Below, piece by piece: positions 49,846 through 64,000 of a stretch of DNA of 64,000 nt (positions within the stretch are counted from its first letter, which is position 1; the number at the start of each line of letters is the position of its first letter). Under the pieces are notes generated by a model, which did no database searches, had not been told where the DNA came from, and saw only the letters and a list, made by a program, of their open reading frames with translations. Source of the DNA: Phoronis australis (taxonomy: Eukaryota > Animalia > Phoronida); the NCBI GenBank assembly GCA_002633005.1, contig NMRA01000191.1:302466-366465 (forward strand), in the 5' to 3' direction. The position numbers and the translations under genes were made by a program.

Positions 49846-50623
49846 TNCAGGATGTCTTCAGACATATAAGCATGCAGTTTAAACCGTAATATGCGATTAC
49901 TTCCTTTTTTTTCGCCTGTTCGGCATCTACTATATCTTTACCTGTACATAACGGTTAATCATGTTTTGAGTTGAGGTAGTCTTTTGGCCTTGTTATTCAA
50001 AAGTTAATGATACGCATAATGTTACTGACATTTTCTTTAAATTTGGGAATGATTTATGCTTTGGTACTGTTTTGTAAAAATTCATACCAATCTAGCAAAG
50101 CCTGTCATGTCCATTTTATCCGTTTTATGCAAATGATTTGCAAAGTTGGTCGTTGAGTGTAAACACAGGCTATAAATGAATTCAGTGCTTGAGATTGTAA
50201 ATTGCTGCATAGCAGACATTTTGAATTCTACTCTGGCGCAATGGTATTTGTAGTTGGGTAGCCATTCCTGTTTTACTTTTTGCATGTTTACTTCACTTGT
50301 TTTTGTGAGTTGTCTGTCATTCTCTGATTATCCCAAAGAAAACAACATAATGGGTTTTGGTCTGTGCCCTACTCATTTTGAAACCTGTCCCTCTCTGTTT
50401 TAAGAAAAAAGTGCCTGCCTGCATCACATTTTGCAAAATTTTTTCAAAAGCTACACAAATGTTTTCAAAAGCTACGCAAACGTATCTAAGGTAGGTTTTT
50501 AACAAAGTGACTTGGCAACGCCCTTCTTTTTTGGTCTCATCTGCACTTCAGTGTGTTGAACCTTAATCTCTTATCTGGGTATATTTCATCTGTATGCGTC
50601 TAATGTTGTCTGGTCTATTGCAG

Positions 50624-52590
<1,967 letters not shown>

Positions 52591-53343
52591 TGGTGACTTT
52601 GGTCAATTCTGAGGGTCGAACACATTGTGAATCGGTTTAGGTAGCGGTGTATTGTAGAAGTATAGTAGAAGTGTAGAAGAAGTAGTTAAGCTAACACTTC
52701 TGTGCAATGTTTGAGCAATAGCTTAGTGCTGCTAGTCAGTGAAAGTATTCTTGTAACTGCTCCAGTATTACGTGTTATTTCGTTGTATTAAGCATGATGT
52801 AGATAAATTACACCAGCCAAACATTTTGTTAGTGCATACTTATTTTGGGCTTTTAAAGCTTGGCCAATGACAAATGTTATCAGAAGAATATATACTTTAT
52901 ATTTAGTACAAAGTTGAGTTTGTTTCTTGATTTTCTGCATCAGTTTTCATATTGGCGTATGCAAATATTGTATTGTAGCGAATTAGCAGAATTCAGTGTA
53001 AAAGATGTTCTGAAAGGAAGTAACCATAACTTCTAGTTTCACAGTCTGTAACTAAGCAGCACTTGTTCCTTCATTGGTGACATCATTTCATATGTTTCCA
53101 AGAACATGTAGTCTGATGGCACGACTTTGAAAGGTCATATTTTTAGGTGTTACAGCGTTCTTAGAAGCATGAGAAAGACTAAAGGTTAGTGTAAGTGGAA
53201 CTATGGTGTTATTACAACACCACCTCAAAGTGGTTTTACCAAGCATCTTGATCTAGAATTGTTATAAAAAAGCTTGGAAGTGGTTTTCGGCATTAATTGA
53301 CAAGGAATGCTGAATTGTTGAATTTTTTGAGAAATGCCTCTGA

Positions 53344-56300
53344 TTAGATTGCCAGGAACGCTGTGGCCACTTGTAGCCCACTCTTGTGTCCAACGTCATA
53401 GGTCTGTATAGTGAATGCTTGATTCTGCACATTGATGGAGCATCCTCGCCCGGGCATTTCCACAAAGCACACCGTGTATATGGCCATGTCGAAGGCAGGA
53501 CTGGTGTGGATGAAAAAAGATGCCTGTTTCTTTTTCAAGCCATGCCATGTCAGTCGAGTATTCAAAGCTATGGGCTGAAATGTGGATTGAGTACATGTTT
53601 AGAATAACAAATCATGCATACATGTACATAAAAAACTGAGGAATTTAGTCATCAGCTTGCCTTGATTGTAATTGTCATGCATTTTTAAGAGCGGACTAGG
53701 TTAGCATTATCAAAATTGGCTATAAACTTGCCTTTCGAAAAAACACTTTTGTAAGACCATTAATGGCTTTAGTTAGTCTCAAATTGTTCCTTACTCAGAT
53801 TTGTGGTGATTTAGGGGTTGGGGTGTACTGACAGTTCCTTATTGCTTGAGGCCAGTGGCAAGAAGTTGGCTTGCCGTGGTGGGTCATTTTATATGGTGAG
53901 CATCGTTTCAAATAACAAAGAACTGTCATTTGTTTCCAAGGTCTGAACCACTTCTCATCTGAGTAAGAACAACCTAGTGAGACTATGTAATGTCAATCAT
54001 CACCGTCTCTGGTACTGTGTGTGCATATATATGTATAGATATCGCAACAGAGTCGTACATGCACAAGTTAAAGGCGAAGGCAACCTTTTTTCGTGTCACT
54101 TTTAGCAAAAATAAAGTTCGTTGATTATCCCAGACACATTTTTCACTTAATTACAGCTTTACGTAATTTGATTTATTTCTCGTCCTCTACTCCGGAAGTG
54201 ACGTTTTGGGAGGCAAGAGTTTCGCGCCAATTTCTTTTCATTATAGTCTGATTGTGAGAGCTATCGAGTCAGTCATTGTTCTACCTCGTTTGTGATAACA
54301 TAGGCGGATTTAGGGGGGGGCCCAGGGGGCCCGGGCCCCCCCCTTGGCTGCCGCAAAAAAAATAAAACAGTAAGGGCGTAGGGAAATGGTGAGTTTATTA
54401 ATTAACCCCGGTAATTAAAATTATACGGATGAATAAAGATTTAAATGTGTGCAGTTTTAGTGTTNNNNNNNNNNNNNNNNNNNNNNNNNNNNNNNNNNNN
54501 NNNNNNNNNNNNNNNNNNNNNNNNNNNNNNNNNNNNNNNNNNNNNNNNNNNNNNNNNNNNNNNNNNNNNNNNNNNNNNNNNNNNNNNNNNNNNNNNNNNN
54601 NNNNNNNNNNNNNNNNNNNNNNNNNNNNNNNNNNNNNNNNNNNNNNNNNNNNNNNNNNNNNNNNNNNNNNNNNNNNNNNNNNNNNNNNNNNNNNNNNNNN
54701 NNNNNNNNNNNNNNNNNNNNNNNNNNNNNNNNNNNNNNNNNNNNNNNNNNNNNNNNNNNNNNNNNNNNNNNNNNNNNNNNNNNNNNNNNNNNNNNNNNNN
54801 NNNNNNNNNNNNNNNNNNNNNNNNNNNNNNNNNNNNNNNNNNNNNNNNNNNNNNNNNNNNNNNNNNNNNNNNNNNNNNNNNNNNNNNNNNNNNNNNNNNN
54901 NNNNNNNNNNNNNNNNNNNNNNNNNNNNNNNNNNNNNNNNNNNNNNNNNNNNNNNNNNNNNNNNNNNNNNNNNNNNNNNNNNNNNNNNNNNNNNNNNNNN
55001 NNNNNNNNNNNNNNNNNNNNNNNNNNNNNNNNNNNNNNNNNNNNNNNNNNNNNNNNNNNNNNNNNNNNNNNNNNNNNNNNNNNNNNNNNNNNNNNNNNNN
55101 NNNNNNNNNNNNNNNNNNNNNNNNNNNNNNNNNNNNNNNNNTTACAGCCGGACAAAATGTTGAGCCCCCCCCTTGTGATATCCTAGATCCGCCACTGGAT
55201 AAGTTCGGTCGTCGTTTGCTTTTGTTTACAAGTCAGTCAACATGCCACGCTGTTGCTGCGTCCCGGGATGTACTCATTATCGTCTCACACGCGCTTGGGT
55301 ACCTTGCGTCGCTTTCCGAAGGATGGCACGTACACTTCGCCGTACTTGGTTAGCTCGTTCATGTGAAGAACGCAACGTACAAAGCAGTGGAGGGTTACCG
55401 AGTGTGTGGCAAGCATTTTCTGCCGTCAGGTTTTGACAGATATCACGTACGCTGAATTGATGAAGGTCCCTGCGAAACAAAGCCTAAAGAAGGGTACCAT
55501 ACCATCGCTGTTGATTCCCCGCAGTGCCCCGTCGCCAACCCCGAGAAGTGCGTTTTTGAAGCGAGCTGTGGCCACTATATACAGTGACTGGAGGCACTTC
55601 ATACTGTCACCCGTGCCTCCGAACGTACCCCCATTGCGTGCAATTCCGGGAACTAGCAGTGATTCGCCCTGTGCTGTTGTCTCTAGCCCAGAGCCTGTAA
55701 GCAGCCCTGCAGCGTTGTTGAGTAGTGGGAGTGAATACAGGCCCAGTTCGACACCCAGTGAAGAGGACAGTTCGTCATCCAATGAACAGATCGGTGAGCC
55801 TAAGTTTGATTAGTTTATTGTGGACTTGTATTGGAGCTATTTGGAAGGTGCCACGTGTGTGGCGAGGGAGTCATATGGCGGGATGTAAGCAGGTTGGGTG
55901 CTCAGATCACCCTCCAGTGGGACTCATGTCGCGGGACACTCGGGAACAGTTTTTCCTCTGTACGTGAGACGATAATGAGTACACCCCAGTACGTAGCAAC
56001 AGCGTGGCATGTTGACTGACTCGAAAGCAAAAGCAAACGACGACCGAACTTATCACAACCGAGGTAGAACTTCAACAATGACTGACTCGACTGCTCTCAC
56101 AGTCAGACCATATGAAAAGAAATTGGCTCGAAATTCTTGCCTCCCAAAACGTCACTTCCACAGTAGACGACGAGTAATTAATTAAATTACGAAAAGCAGT
56201 AAATAAGTGAAAATTGTGTCTGGGATAATCAACGAACCTTATTTTTTTGCTAAAAATGACATGAAAAAAGGTTGCCTTCGTCTTTAAGACCAGTTACACG

Positions 56301-59300
56301 TAGCGGTGAGTGGTCTCGAACGCTAGCAAATTTCTTGACCGGAGACGGATTTTATACCCTCAAAATGACGCCACATTTTGTAGGTTCAACTGCGCACAGG
56401 GATAACAATTTTAACAGCGACATTTCACGTGAAGGAACTTGGTTTTACTTTTCGAAATGGAAATGGCATGCGGTCGCTGCTAACTTTGTGATTTGTGATG
56501 GACGCCTCGTATCGACGACGGAATTCAAGCTATATTTCGCCATGTTTACTGGCTAAAAAGAAAAATCGATTTGGTTTTTTACTGAGTGTCAGTAAATCGA
56601 CATCGTTATGTTTTTTATCGTGATAGGATTCTCTTTCCGTTACCTAGAAGATCATCGAAACCATTAGCTACTCAAAAAAGTAGTCAGTGAGCGTAGCTTT
56701 GGCGAATCTGGAAATGGCGCATATATGCCTGTGACGTCGAGTTGTCGGCTCATACGGCAACAGTTCAAGATCTGAGTGAGCGTGGCAATGTTATAAATTC
56801 CTAAAGCACCTCAACATTGACCTCGAGTAAAGAAGGCGGACACCTATCCCACTAGGCCACACTGCCACCCGGCCTTAGAGGAGGCAGTGTGGGTCGTGGG
56901 TTCGAGTCCCGCTGGGCCACACTGTTAGTCCCGGGTTTCTAGCTCCTCGGCCCCTTTTTAACTATATATTAATGAGACACAAGAAAGTTCCAGGTGGTCA
57001 GTGCAATGGGCAAACATGCGCGGCCTGCGCACGTCTGGTACAACTTACGTGTACCAGACCGCCTGCAATTATTTTTTTCAGCATTGACCACTGAGCAGCT
57101 GCGAAATGTCCCTTAAACTATAAATGCAAGAACTGCAAGTCTCACCTCCTTGTTTGTAATGTAACCCTTATAGTCTAAACTTCCGTTTAGCTCCTGTATC
57201 AAAAACTGCACCCAGTTGTGGAATCCGGTCACCGATGTTGACTTAGTTTCGCCTGCAAACACGTGCTCAAATCCACTGCTGTCGACGACGGCATCGTTTT
57301 TTCCAGAGCGGGGATAGAGTTCGAACCACAAACTCCGCAACTTTTCTTTGAGCGCTTCGTTGTTACAATCGAAATGTCCTATAAATGTTACATAATGGAA
57401 GACATGTTCTTGCAGTCATTGTGGAGGTGACGTGTTTACAGTGTGGGTTAAAAACTCAACAAATTGACAGATCGTTTTTTTTCGAAATTTATCAGTGAAA
57501 AGTGCAATTGACGTAAACAGGAATTTAAAGTATTAACGAGCAAATCGTAAAAATATCCGGTGAACAGGCACATTGAATTCTGTTTCAGTGGCAGAGAACT
57601 ACGTATTTGAATAATGCAATTTTGTATCTGTTTTTCGCGTTCCAAGTTTCTTTCACTCATTCTAAATAGTTTAATTCCGAATTATTTCAGGGATGTGTTG
57701 GTCACCGATGTGAGCCCAATCTGCCTGTGTATGCCCTAACGAAGGTATACCTTTTGCGCACAGATACTCGGCTGCCTTTTGCATTGGGCCACTAGCCACT
57801 ACAACATCCAAGAATGCGTCGATCTCACGCCATTCCTCATTAGACAGGTCCTCCTCTCTGCCTGTGTTTCTTTCGTAGTTGTCTAGAAGGTTGATGAACG
57901 TGGAGTAGATCTCTTTGTTGAGGAGAAATTCATACACGCTTGCAGAGTTTGCAAACAGTGTGTTGTCAGCCTCGTCTGTGTCGGCGGATGCCGTGGTGCT
58001 ACCTTGCAGATAGTAGACGAGTTCCCCAGAGCCGACGCGATCTACGTCTGCCTCCCACAGGACGTCGCCGATTGTAGACAAGTTCAGATCTTCGTTGTTC
58101 CCTCCCGAAGAGCCTGCGCACAGACTGAACCTTCTTTAGACGTTGCATGCACTAATATTTAAGGGAATGCATTACTGAAGTTCTCACGACATTTAGAATT
58201 TACGATTTAGTTTGTGGACCTTGTTGGAGCATACTTCTCTAGTAGATAGAGTCGAAATGAGCTCAGTCGTACATGTAGCTAAGCACCCTGTTGAGGATCA
58301 TATACAATTGTTATATTTTTTCTAGTTTTAACTAGGAATTATTGTGCAATTTTATAGGATCCTCAACAACGAAAAACTCCTTTTTTAAGCATTACACTGA
58401 CACAAATAACTGAAGTGTATGGTCATCCATTCAAACAGTACCTTTTAAAATGTTTTAGCTCTATGTTGTTTCAGTTCAAATGTTTTAAATTCGTCATGTG
58501 ATAGCACACTCGAAACGTTTGAGCTTTAAACACACACCAATTAAGTAAGCTAAAGCGTTTTAAATTTGTCGCGTGAAAACAAGACGTTCTGTTACCTACT
58601 AGAACGTTTTGACACGTCACACAAAAGCAGAGACTGTTCATTGCAACCTGTCATCTTTTGGCCTGTGTGTTGCGATAGTCTCTATTTTAGATACAACCAA
58701 GTAATAACGTTAAAAAATATCTTCGGAAAGATTGGTGATCTGTTGAACACGTGCTCACGCTTCGTGCAAAATTCTTGTGAACTCATCCATCGTTAAACGT
58801 TTCCCAGCATTTACAATATCTCTAAAAATAAAGCGTCAAGTTCAGTTTGATGAATGACTGTCGCGTAACTGCATGAAGTAAAGTTAAATTTCGTACCACT
58901 CGGCAGGTATCGCTCAACTCATTTGAAACGTTTCAATGGATGCCAAGCATGCTGTGTGACCAGGATCCGGGTTCGAATCTTCATGACTCGAAAGCCAACT
59001 CGAAAATATTAGTGACATTTTTCGTTCTACTTTAATACAAGCGCAAATTAAACAAGTGGCTGATTTTGTGCCCAATTATATTATTTTTTGCATGGATGAT
59101 TGTACAATCTTATTTTACATTTGATGACCCCCAGAATTAAAATAAGTTCGTGTCTGAACTCGATAAATCTCTAGTTTTTACCCGAAATCTGGAGTGAATT
59201 GATGCCCAAGGTTGTAGCACGAAACTTGGGGGTCACCAAGTACGAATTTGCGTAAACCATATCATACTCAAGTACAGAATAAGGGCCATTATCTTGAATT

Positions 59301-60409
59301 TGTATTAAAGTGGAACGAACTCATAAAACATATTTTCGAGTTCAATTTCGAGTAAAAAACTTAGAACCTGGGCCCAGAAGGCACATTTAAAACTAAGTCG
59401 TTTTAGCTAGAGCGCTATTGCTGAAAACTTCAAAAAATATACTCTTATGAGTCCACCTTTAGATATGGTCCTTCAAAAATAATGTGAACTTTCGCGACTA
59501 CTTTAAAAATCTAGGCTAATTAAATTGAAAATCACGATGACGCTGCGACTGTGTATTTGTTTTAAAGTCAAATGTAATTATAAAACCCAAGTAAAAATAA
59601 TCACTTTCAGTAATGCGTGGTATTAGCAACAGAAGCAATCCCTGAAGCGCACTCAGTGACCGGGCTGCAGTTTAATCACCTACCTGTACACATCTCATTG
59701 TAGTCGTCACAGCAGTCTCCAAATCTAACACAAGCGGAATTGCACTGGCATGGGTAGTTTCTGTCTAGTGGATCGTCGCACCGGTCCTCGCAAGAATTTG
59801 TTCCGTAATTTGAAGCAAAACCGATCGCTAGAACATGCGTATGAAAAGTACACAGTCTAGTCTGGAGACGACTCTGTGTAATTATAATGGATAGACCATA
59901 CGCGTATGTCGGTCTATACCAATCTACAAAATTGTGATTACACAATAATAATAATCACAATTTTGCTTAAAAGCATTTTCGCTTGTATGCAAAACTCTTG
60001 GAGTAAAACCGGTCTATCAAAAGTTTCACATATGAATTAATCGTGACTTATTCGTTACAAAAGGGTAGTTTTTGAGATTTTAAGCACTAAGAATATACAT
60101 ATTCAAGGGATAGCCTCTCGGACCTGTTACTCATTAGCAAGCTGAGGCGCATGCTCCTAAGCGTGAACACTTGAGCAAAAACATTTTTTGTAAAACGCAT
60201 TTTGCCTTTATTCACCTAATTATGCAATAGTGATTAAGTGCATGTCACCAAAATAAGTTTTAGTATAAGCTTGTTACTGTAACGACTACAAGCAAATCGT
60301 TACCACAAAGACTGTTAAGCATGCGTTATAATATTTTACCTTTTGGTCGGCCCTCTGTAGAAGCTAAGATCACCAAAAATGAAAATGTTATTCCAATCAA
60401 CGCAACCAT
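53344..60409 (-). CDS. ENDOU: Secreted uridylate-specific endoribonuclease (EndoU/XendoU/PP11 family) with one somatomedin-B domain, 5 exons, about 346 aa
   Basis: Exon 60409-60340 encodes signal peptide MVALIGITFSFLVILASTEG-RPK (in-frame upstream ATG at 60445). Exon 59827-59684 is the SMB domain (SCEDRC...CQCNSACVRFGDCCDDYNEMC). Exon 58113-57751 has LWEADVDR...FINLLDNYERNTG. Exon 57378-57146 has LWFELY...DSSGFEHVFAGE...GFHNW. Exon 53574-53344 has WHGLKK...FFIHTSPAFDMAIYTVCF...IQTY and the stop. All phases join; both catalytic His and a candidate catalytic Lys are present. Confidence 0.93.
53774..53985. mobile_element. About 210-bp MITE-like element
   Basis: TAGTCTCAAATTGTTCCTTACTCAGAT ... 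ATCTGAGTAAGAACAACCTAGTGAGACTA; a related motif occurs near 12435, 23005, 24393 and 31851. Confidence 0.55.
54299..55197. mobile_element. hAT-like element nested in the left Kolobok TIR (interior is an assembly gap)
   Basis: Ends CATAGGCGGATTTAGG / CCTAGATCCGCCACTG with G/C-run subterminal motifs. A 5-bp TSD GATAA flanks it (54294-54298, 55198-55202); the uninterrupted target is visible in the right TIR. Confidence 0.8.
54465..55141. other. Assembly gap (N run)
   Basis: Continuous Ns; the long X-filled ORFs here are artefacts. Confidence 0.99.
55242..55935 (+). pseudogene. Frameshifted THAP zinc-finger transposase N-terminus (no catalytic domain)
   Basis: Across frames it reads MPRCCCVPGC...RRTWL, then YRVCGKHF, then LKKGTIPSL: the C2CH THAP signature plus an AVPT-like box. 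A Ser/Pro-rich linker follows, then LELFGRCHVCG...G.QITLQW, which runs into the right TIR. Confidence 0.78.
56819..57078 (+). mobile_element. SINE-like copy with an inverted 5' segment
   Basis: 56878-57078 is a plus-strand copy lacking the segment between the A and B boxes; that segment is present inverted at 56819-56866. Confidence 0.75.
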
Positions 60410-62367
60410 GCTGATGGGTTTCAATGCGTCGATTGTTGTCGTCATGCCAAACAAGTATTTATACACCATTTTATTGCCATGGCGACAACAAGGAAGTATT
60501 TATGGACCGTTTTATTACCATAGATGTCCTGTTCACACCAAAGCGGTTATACTGACTTTCAAACTTATTTTAAAGGGTGTAACTCTCAATGTGAATTGTT
60601 TTTAAAAAACGTAAAAATTGTGAATTGTAACACGACACCTGTATACGTTACCGTGCGGTGTGAACGGTCAGTGCAGTTGTAAAATTTGTGAATTTTCATG
60701 TATATCAACTGAATTAAATGGCACTGACTTCTAGAGACTAAAGCCAGTGTGAACTGTAGCACTAAAAATTATAAATGTGGAAAAGTTATTAACCCGGTTT
60801 AACTGGTTGAAAAAATAAAATCCTCAAGAGGTTTATTGTGAGGACAACGCATGGCCACACCACTGTTCAGGGGAAAGTTGAACAACTTCATACAGCCCCA
60901 TGGAAAATTAGTTTGATTTATATATCCACACTTTTCATATACTTCTATGATTAGAAAATTTTAGTTTCATCATTCAGCACATTTCAGTGAAAAATACTGC
61001 TCACCATACTAGGTGATTTGGACATATAATGAAGTTATAAACTAACCTACCAGTAGCCAATATTTCCGAGTCAATAATTTTCAATACTGACCGGTCATAC
61101 CTTCATTCTGACCGCTGCTGTGGCTACGCTGGTTCAATTATCTTTAAACACTTTTCATTTTTGTGAAATAGCCTAATTGAGAAAAGGTCCTTATCACATT
61201 TTTGGGGTCAGTAAATAACACCATAAGAACTACAAACCAAAGTTTATTTTAAGGAAAATCATAAAGGAAATCTTTAGGACAAGGGTAAAGATAAGGATGA
61301 AGAAAACTTAAGATAAATTCAGAACATGGCCCCTGAAAAAATCTTAGTAAAGACTTGGAAACCGTAGCAGCGGGTTCACATGTAAGCCCCTCGGTGTAAC
61401 AAGCTAATGTATGGGACTAGTTTGAAGCAGCAATAACTTATTGCCAGTTCCTCTCAAGCCTAGAAATCTTTTCTCATTTTAGTAAGGGAAACGAATAAAA
61501 TGTTTTTTGACAGAAGGCTGTAGTTTACCATACTGGCCCTAAGTACCGCTATGCCGAATTTTGAGATCAACACAAACTGACTGGTGTTACTCTCACTAGA
61601 CCGACTTATTCACTTGGGCTTTGAAACCGTATGCGCTGTTGTCGTTTTTATGCTTAGACGTGATTAATTGATGTTCCACATAAAGTCTGCTTGTGAACAC
61701 ACATTCCTTAATTTCACAACGAGAAATCGTTATTTCATCATTCAGCATTCGTCATTTGCATTACAGCTAAGTCATACATGGAGTTTCTCGGGACACTGTG
61801 GTTAGATTTGCCTATCGACTGGGTATGGCACTTATCAATTCACTCAGGGACTTCATCGATAGGTTGGAAACCACCTCAGTATTACCGTCAACCCTACATG
61901 CGTGTATTCGGGCCCAAGCGCTTATGTGAGGCGACGCCTATGCCTAAAATGTAACAGGATAGCACTTCAGTGAAACCAAGGAGCAAAATTTTAAAAAAAG
62001 GATTTGAGTGAATTAGGCTTCACGTTTTCTTTGCAAAACGGTAGACGTTGACGAGTAGGCCTATTCTGATAAACGTTAATTATTGAAGTGAAAAGTAACA
62101 CATAAAAATTCTACAAGAAGACACTGGAAAACATCCAATTTAACAAACTCACGTACACAAGGAATAGAAATCAACTCTTATAAGTGAAGTTTACGCAAAT
62201 GCCCGACCCTATATGTGAAAGGCTTGAAATTTTTTTCTTCGAAAAAATTCTGAATTACTTCGGACTTGAAGACGCATGAGTCTAAATACGCTTATATAAC
62301 CCATGCGTTTGAAGCATTCAACGAAATCAACTAGATTTTCAAACGACCCAACCTTCTTCGCTAAAAG

Positions 62368-64000
62368 AAGAATTTTTAAACAAAACAATTGCTAGCATGT
62401 CATGGGGCCGTGCGATAAAAAGGTAGGAACCCCGTTTTCAGAGAATGCCCATAGGTATCCGCAAAAGCCAAGTTACGTAGGTCAGGATACTGTTTCTCGC
62501 TAACACCTCATTTGCTATAATCGTGTTTTATATTGCCAATTTATTCAACATTTTCTCTAATTCAGTTCTTAACTCAAGTTCCCTAGAGTTACCAATAAAC
62601 CTCGATACAAAATGGCTCGCCAACTTACATGCTATTATTATCGCGCTATCGTAATGTTATCACTAATAATAAGCACCATAAAGTTTAAAGAGCCATTGCA
62701 CATGGTGCAGCCTTTTCCTTTCCCATTATAAACTAAAACAATGTACAAAGTCCTGTAATTTGCTCTGTGCATAACTCACTTTAGGGATTGATTAAAAACC
62801 CGACACCGAATAAAATCTGCGTCGATTAAATGACTGGCATTCTGATCCTCTTATTTCGCACCTAGCAATACAAAACAAAGGTACCTCGAGTTTTGGATTA
62901 TTGCATTTTTTCACCAGCCAAGACTTTAAGCCCCTTATCGACGAAGTTTGAAGAATTAACAAAAAGCTGACACAAACTTTTTATGAAGCAGAAGATATTG
63001 CGACAACGCGCAAGGCACGTAACCTGGCAGATATGCACCGGTTGTCAAAGACAGTGTTACCTTTATCCTAAATTTTCCACATAAACACATAAAGAGCATA
63101 AGTTATATATTGAACATGACGTGATACCCAACCAAGAGCATTTGAAACTAAAATAGATTGTACTCCATTAGNCTGTCCCGGTGTTGCTGTTATTCTTCCA
63201 TATTGTTTCTTAACTTACTATTCACCACTTGCTTATTCCTTCATTGGAGGCAGATTGTCAAAAACCTTTACAGTGCAACATGTTATATAACTTTTGTAAT
63301 TACTGATATCTGTAGTAGTTTAGTTTGTCATAATATATATGACCTTTTATCTCAACTACACGTGTTGTTTCACTGTAAACTAGCTTCGGTATCGCTTCGC
63401 AGTTAGCGCATATAAAAGAATTTTTAAACAAAACAATTACTAGCACGTCATGGGGCTGTGCGATAAAAAGGTAGGAACCCCGTTTTCAGAGAATGCCCAT
63501 ACTAGGTATCCGCAAAAGCCAAGTTACGTAGGTCAGGATACTGTTTCTAGCTAACACCTCATTTGCTATAACCGTGTGTTATACTGCCAATTTATTCAAC
63601 ATTTTCTCTAATTCAGTTCTTAACTCAAGTTCCCTAGAGTTACCGATAAACCTCGATACAAAATGGCTCGCCAACTTAAAGGCTATTATTATCGCGCTAT
63701 CGTAATGTTATCACTAATAATAAGCACCATAAAGTTTAAAGAGCCATTGCACATGGTGCAGCCTTTTCATTTCCCATTATAAACTAAAACAATGTACAAA
63801 GTCCTGTAATTTGCTCTGTGCATAACTCACTTTAGGGATTGATTAAAAACCCGACACCGAATAAAATCTGCGTCGATTAAATGTCTGGCATTCTGATCCT
63901 CTTATTTCGAACCTAGCAATACAAAACAAAGGTACCTCGAGTTTTGGATTATTGCATTTTTTCACCAGCCAAGACTTTAAGCCCCTTATCGACGAAGTTT
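62368..64000. repeat. Tandem near-duplicate block 4 (about 62368-62949 vs 63416-64000)
   Basis: Collinear from AAGAATTTTTAAACAAAACAATT to the window end; single n at 63172. Confidence 0.88.

Larger units (their letters stand above)
54072..56283. mobile_element. Non-autonomous Kolobok-like DNA transposon with long TIRs, in EndoU last intron
   Basis: TTAA on both sides (54068-54071, 56284-56287). Termini AGGCGAAGGCAACC / GGTTGCCTTCGTCT. Imperfect TIRs of about 300 bp (54072-54298 plus 55203-55290 versus about 55964-56283). Internal THAP remnant. TTAA TSD, RR...YY ends and a THAP domain fit the Kolobok superfamily. Confidence 0.85.

Noticed and set aside
49317-49865. 182-aa minus-strand ORF with GNIGAGK (P-loop-like)
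   Set aside because: It spans a contig join, lacks the S/T after GK and any other kinase motif, and lies inside a transposon fragment.
54429-55353. Long ORFs of 232-302 aa
   Set aside because: Almost entirely N-gap.
57742-57750. EndoU donor GTATACCTT resembling a U12-type 5' splice site
   Set aside because: It does not match the strict RTATCCTT consensus; treated as a normal U2 intron.

Overview
AT-rich, intron-rich eukaryotic DNA, consistent with a marine invertebrate draft assembly. Three spliced genes can be reconstructed by hand. (1) The first two coding exons of a kinesin-3 (KIF13-like) gene lie on the minus strand (ATG 19234), and the gene runs off the left edge. (2) A complete 30-exon MSH6 mismatch-repair gene lies on the plus strand (25386-48199, about 1411 aa), head-to-head with KIF13. 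(3) A complete 5-exon secreted EndoU/XendoU endoribonuclease with a somatomedin-B domain lies on the minus strand (60409-53344), tail-to-tail with MSH6. Four tandem blocks, each associated with a single-'n' join, look like both haplotypes assembled side by side; one falsely duplicates the last four MSH6 exons, and comparing the copies exposes allele-specific transposon insertions. The introns hold a Kolobok-like element with long TIRs and a decayed THAP ORF, several MITE families, a tRNA-headed SINE-like family and a Penelope-like fold-back. I found no clearly new biological system. The best leads are a duplicated cassette exon in MSH6, a candidate alternative first exon of KIF13 resembling a mitochondrial presequence, and the mirror-image promoter plus THAP start in the Kolobok TIRs.
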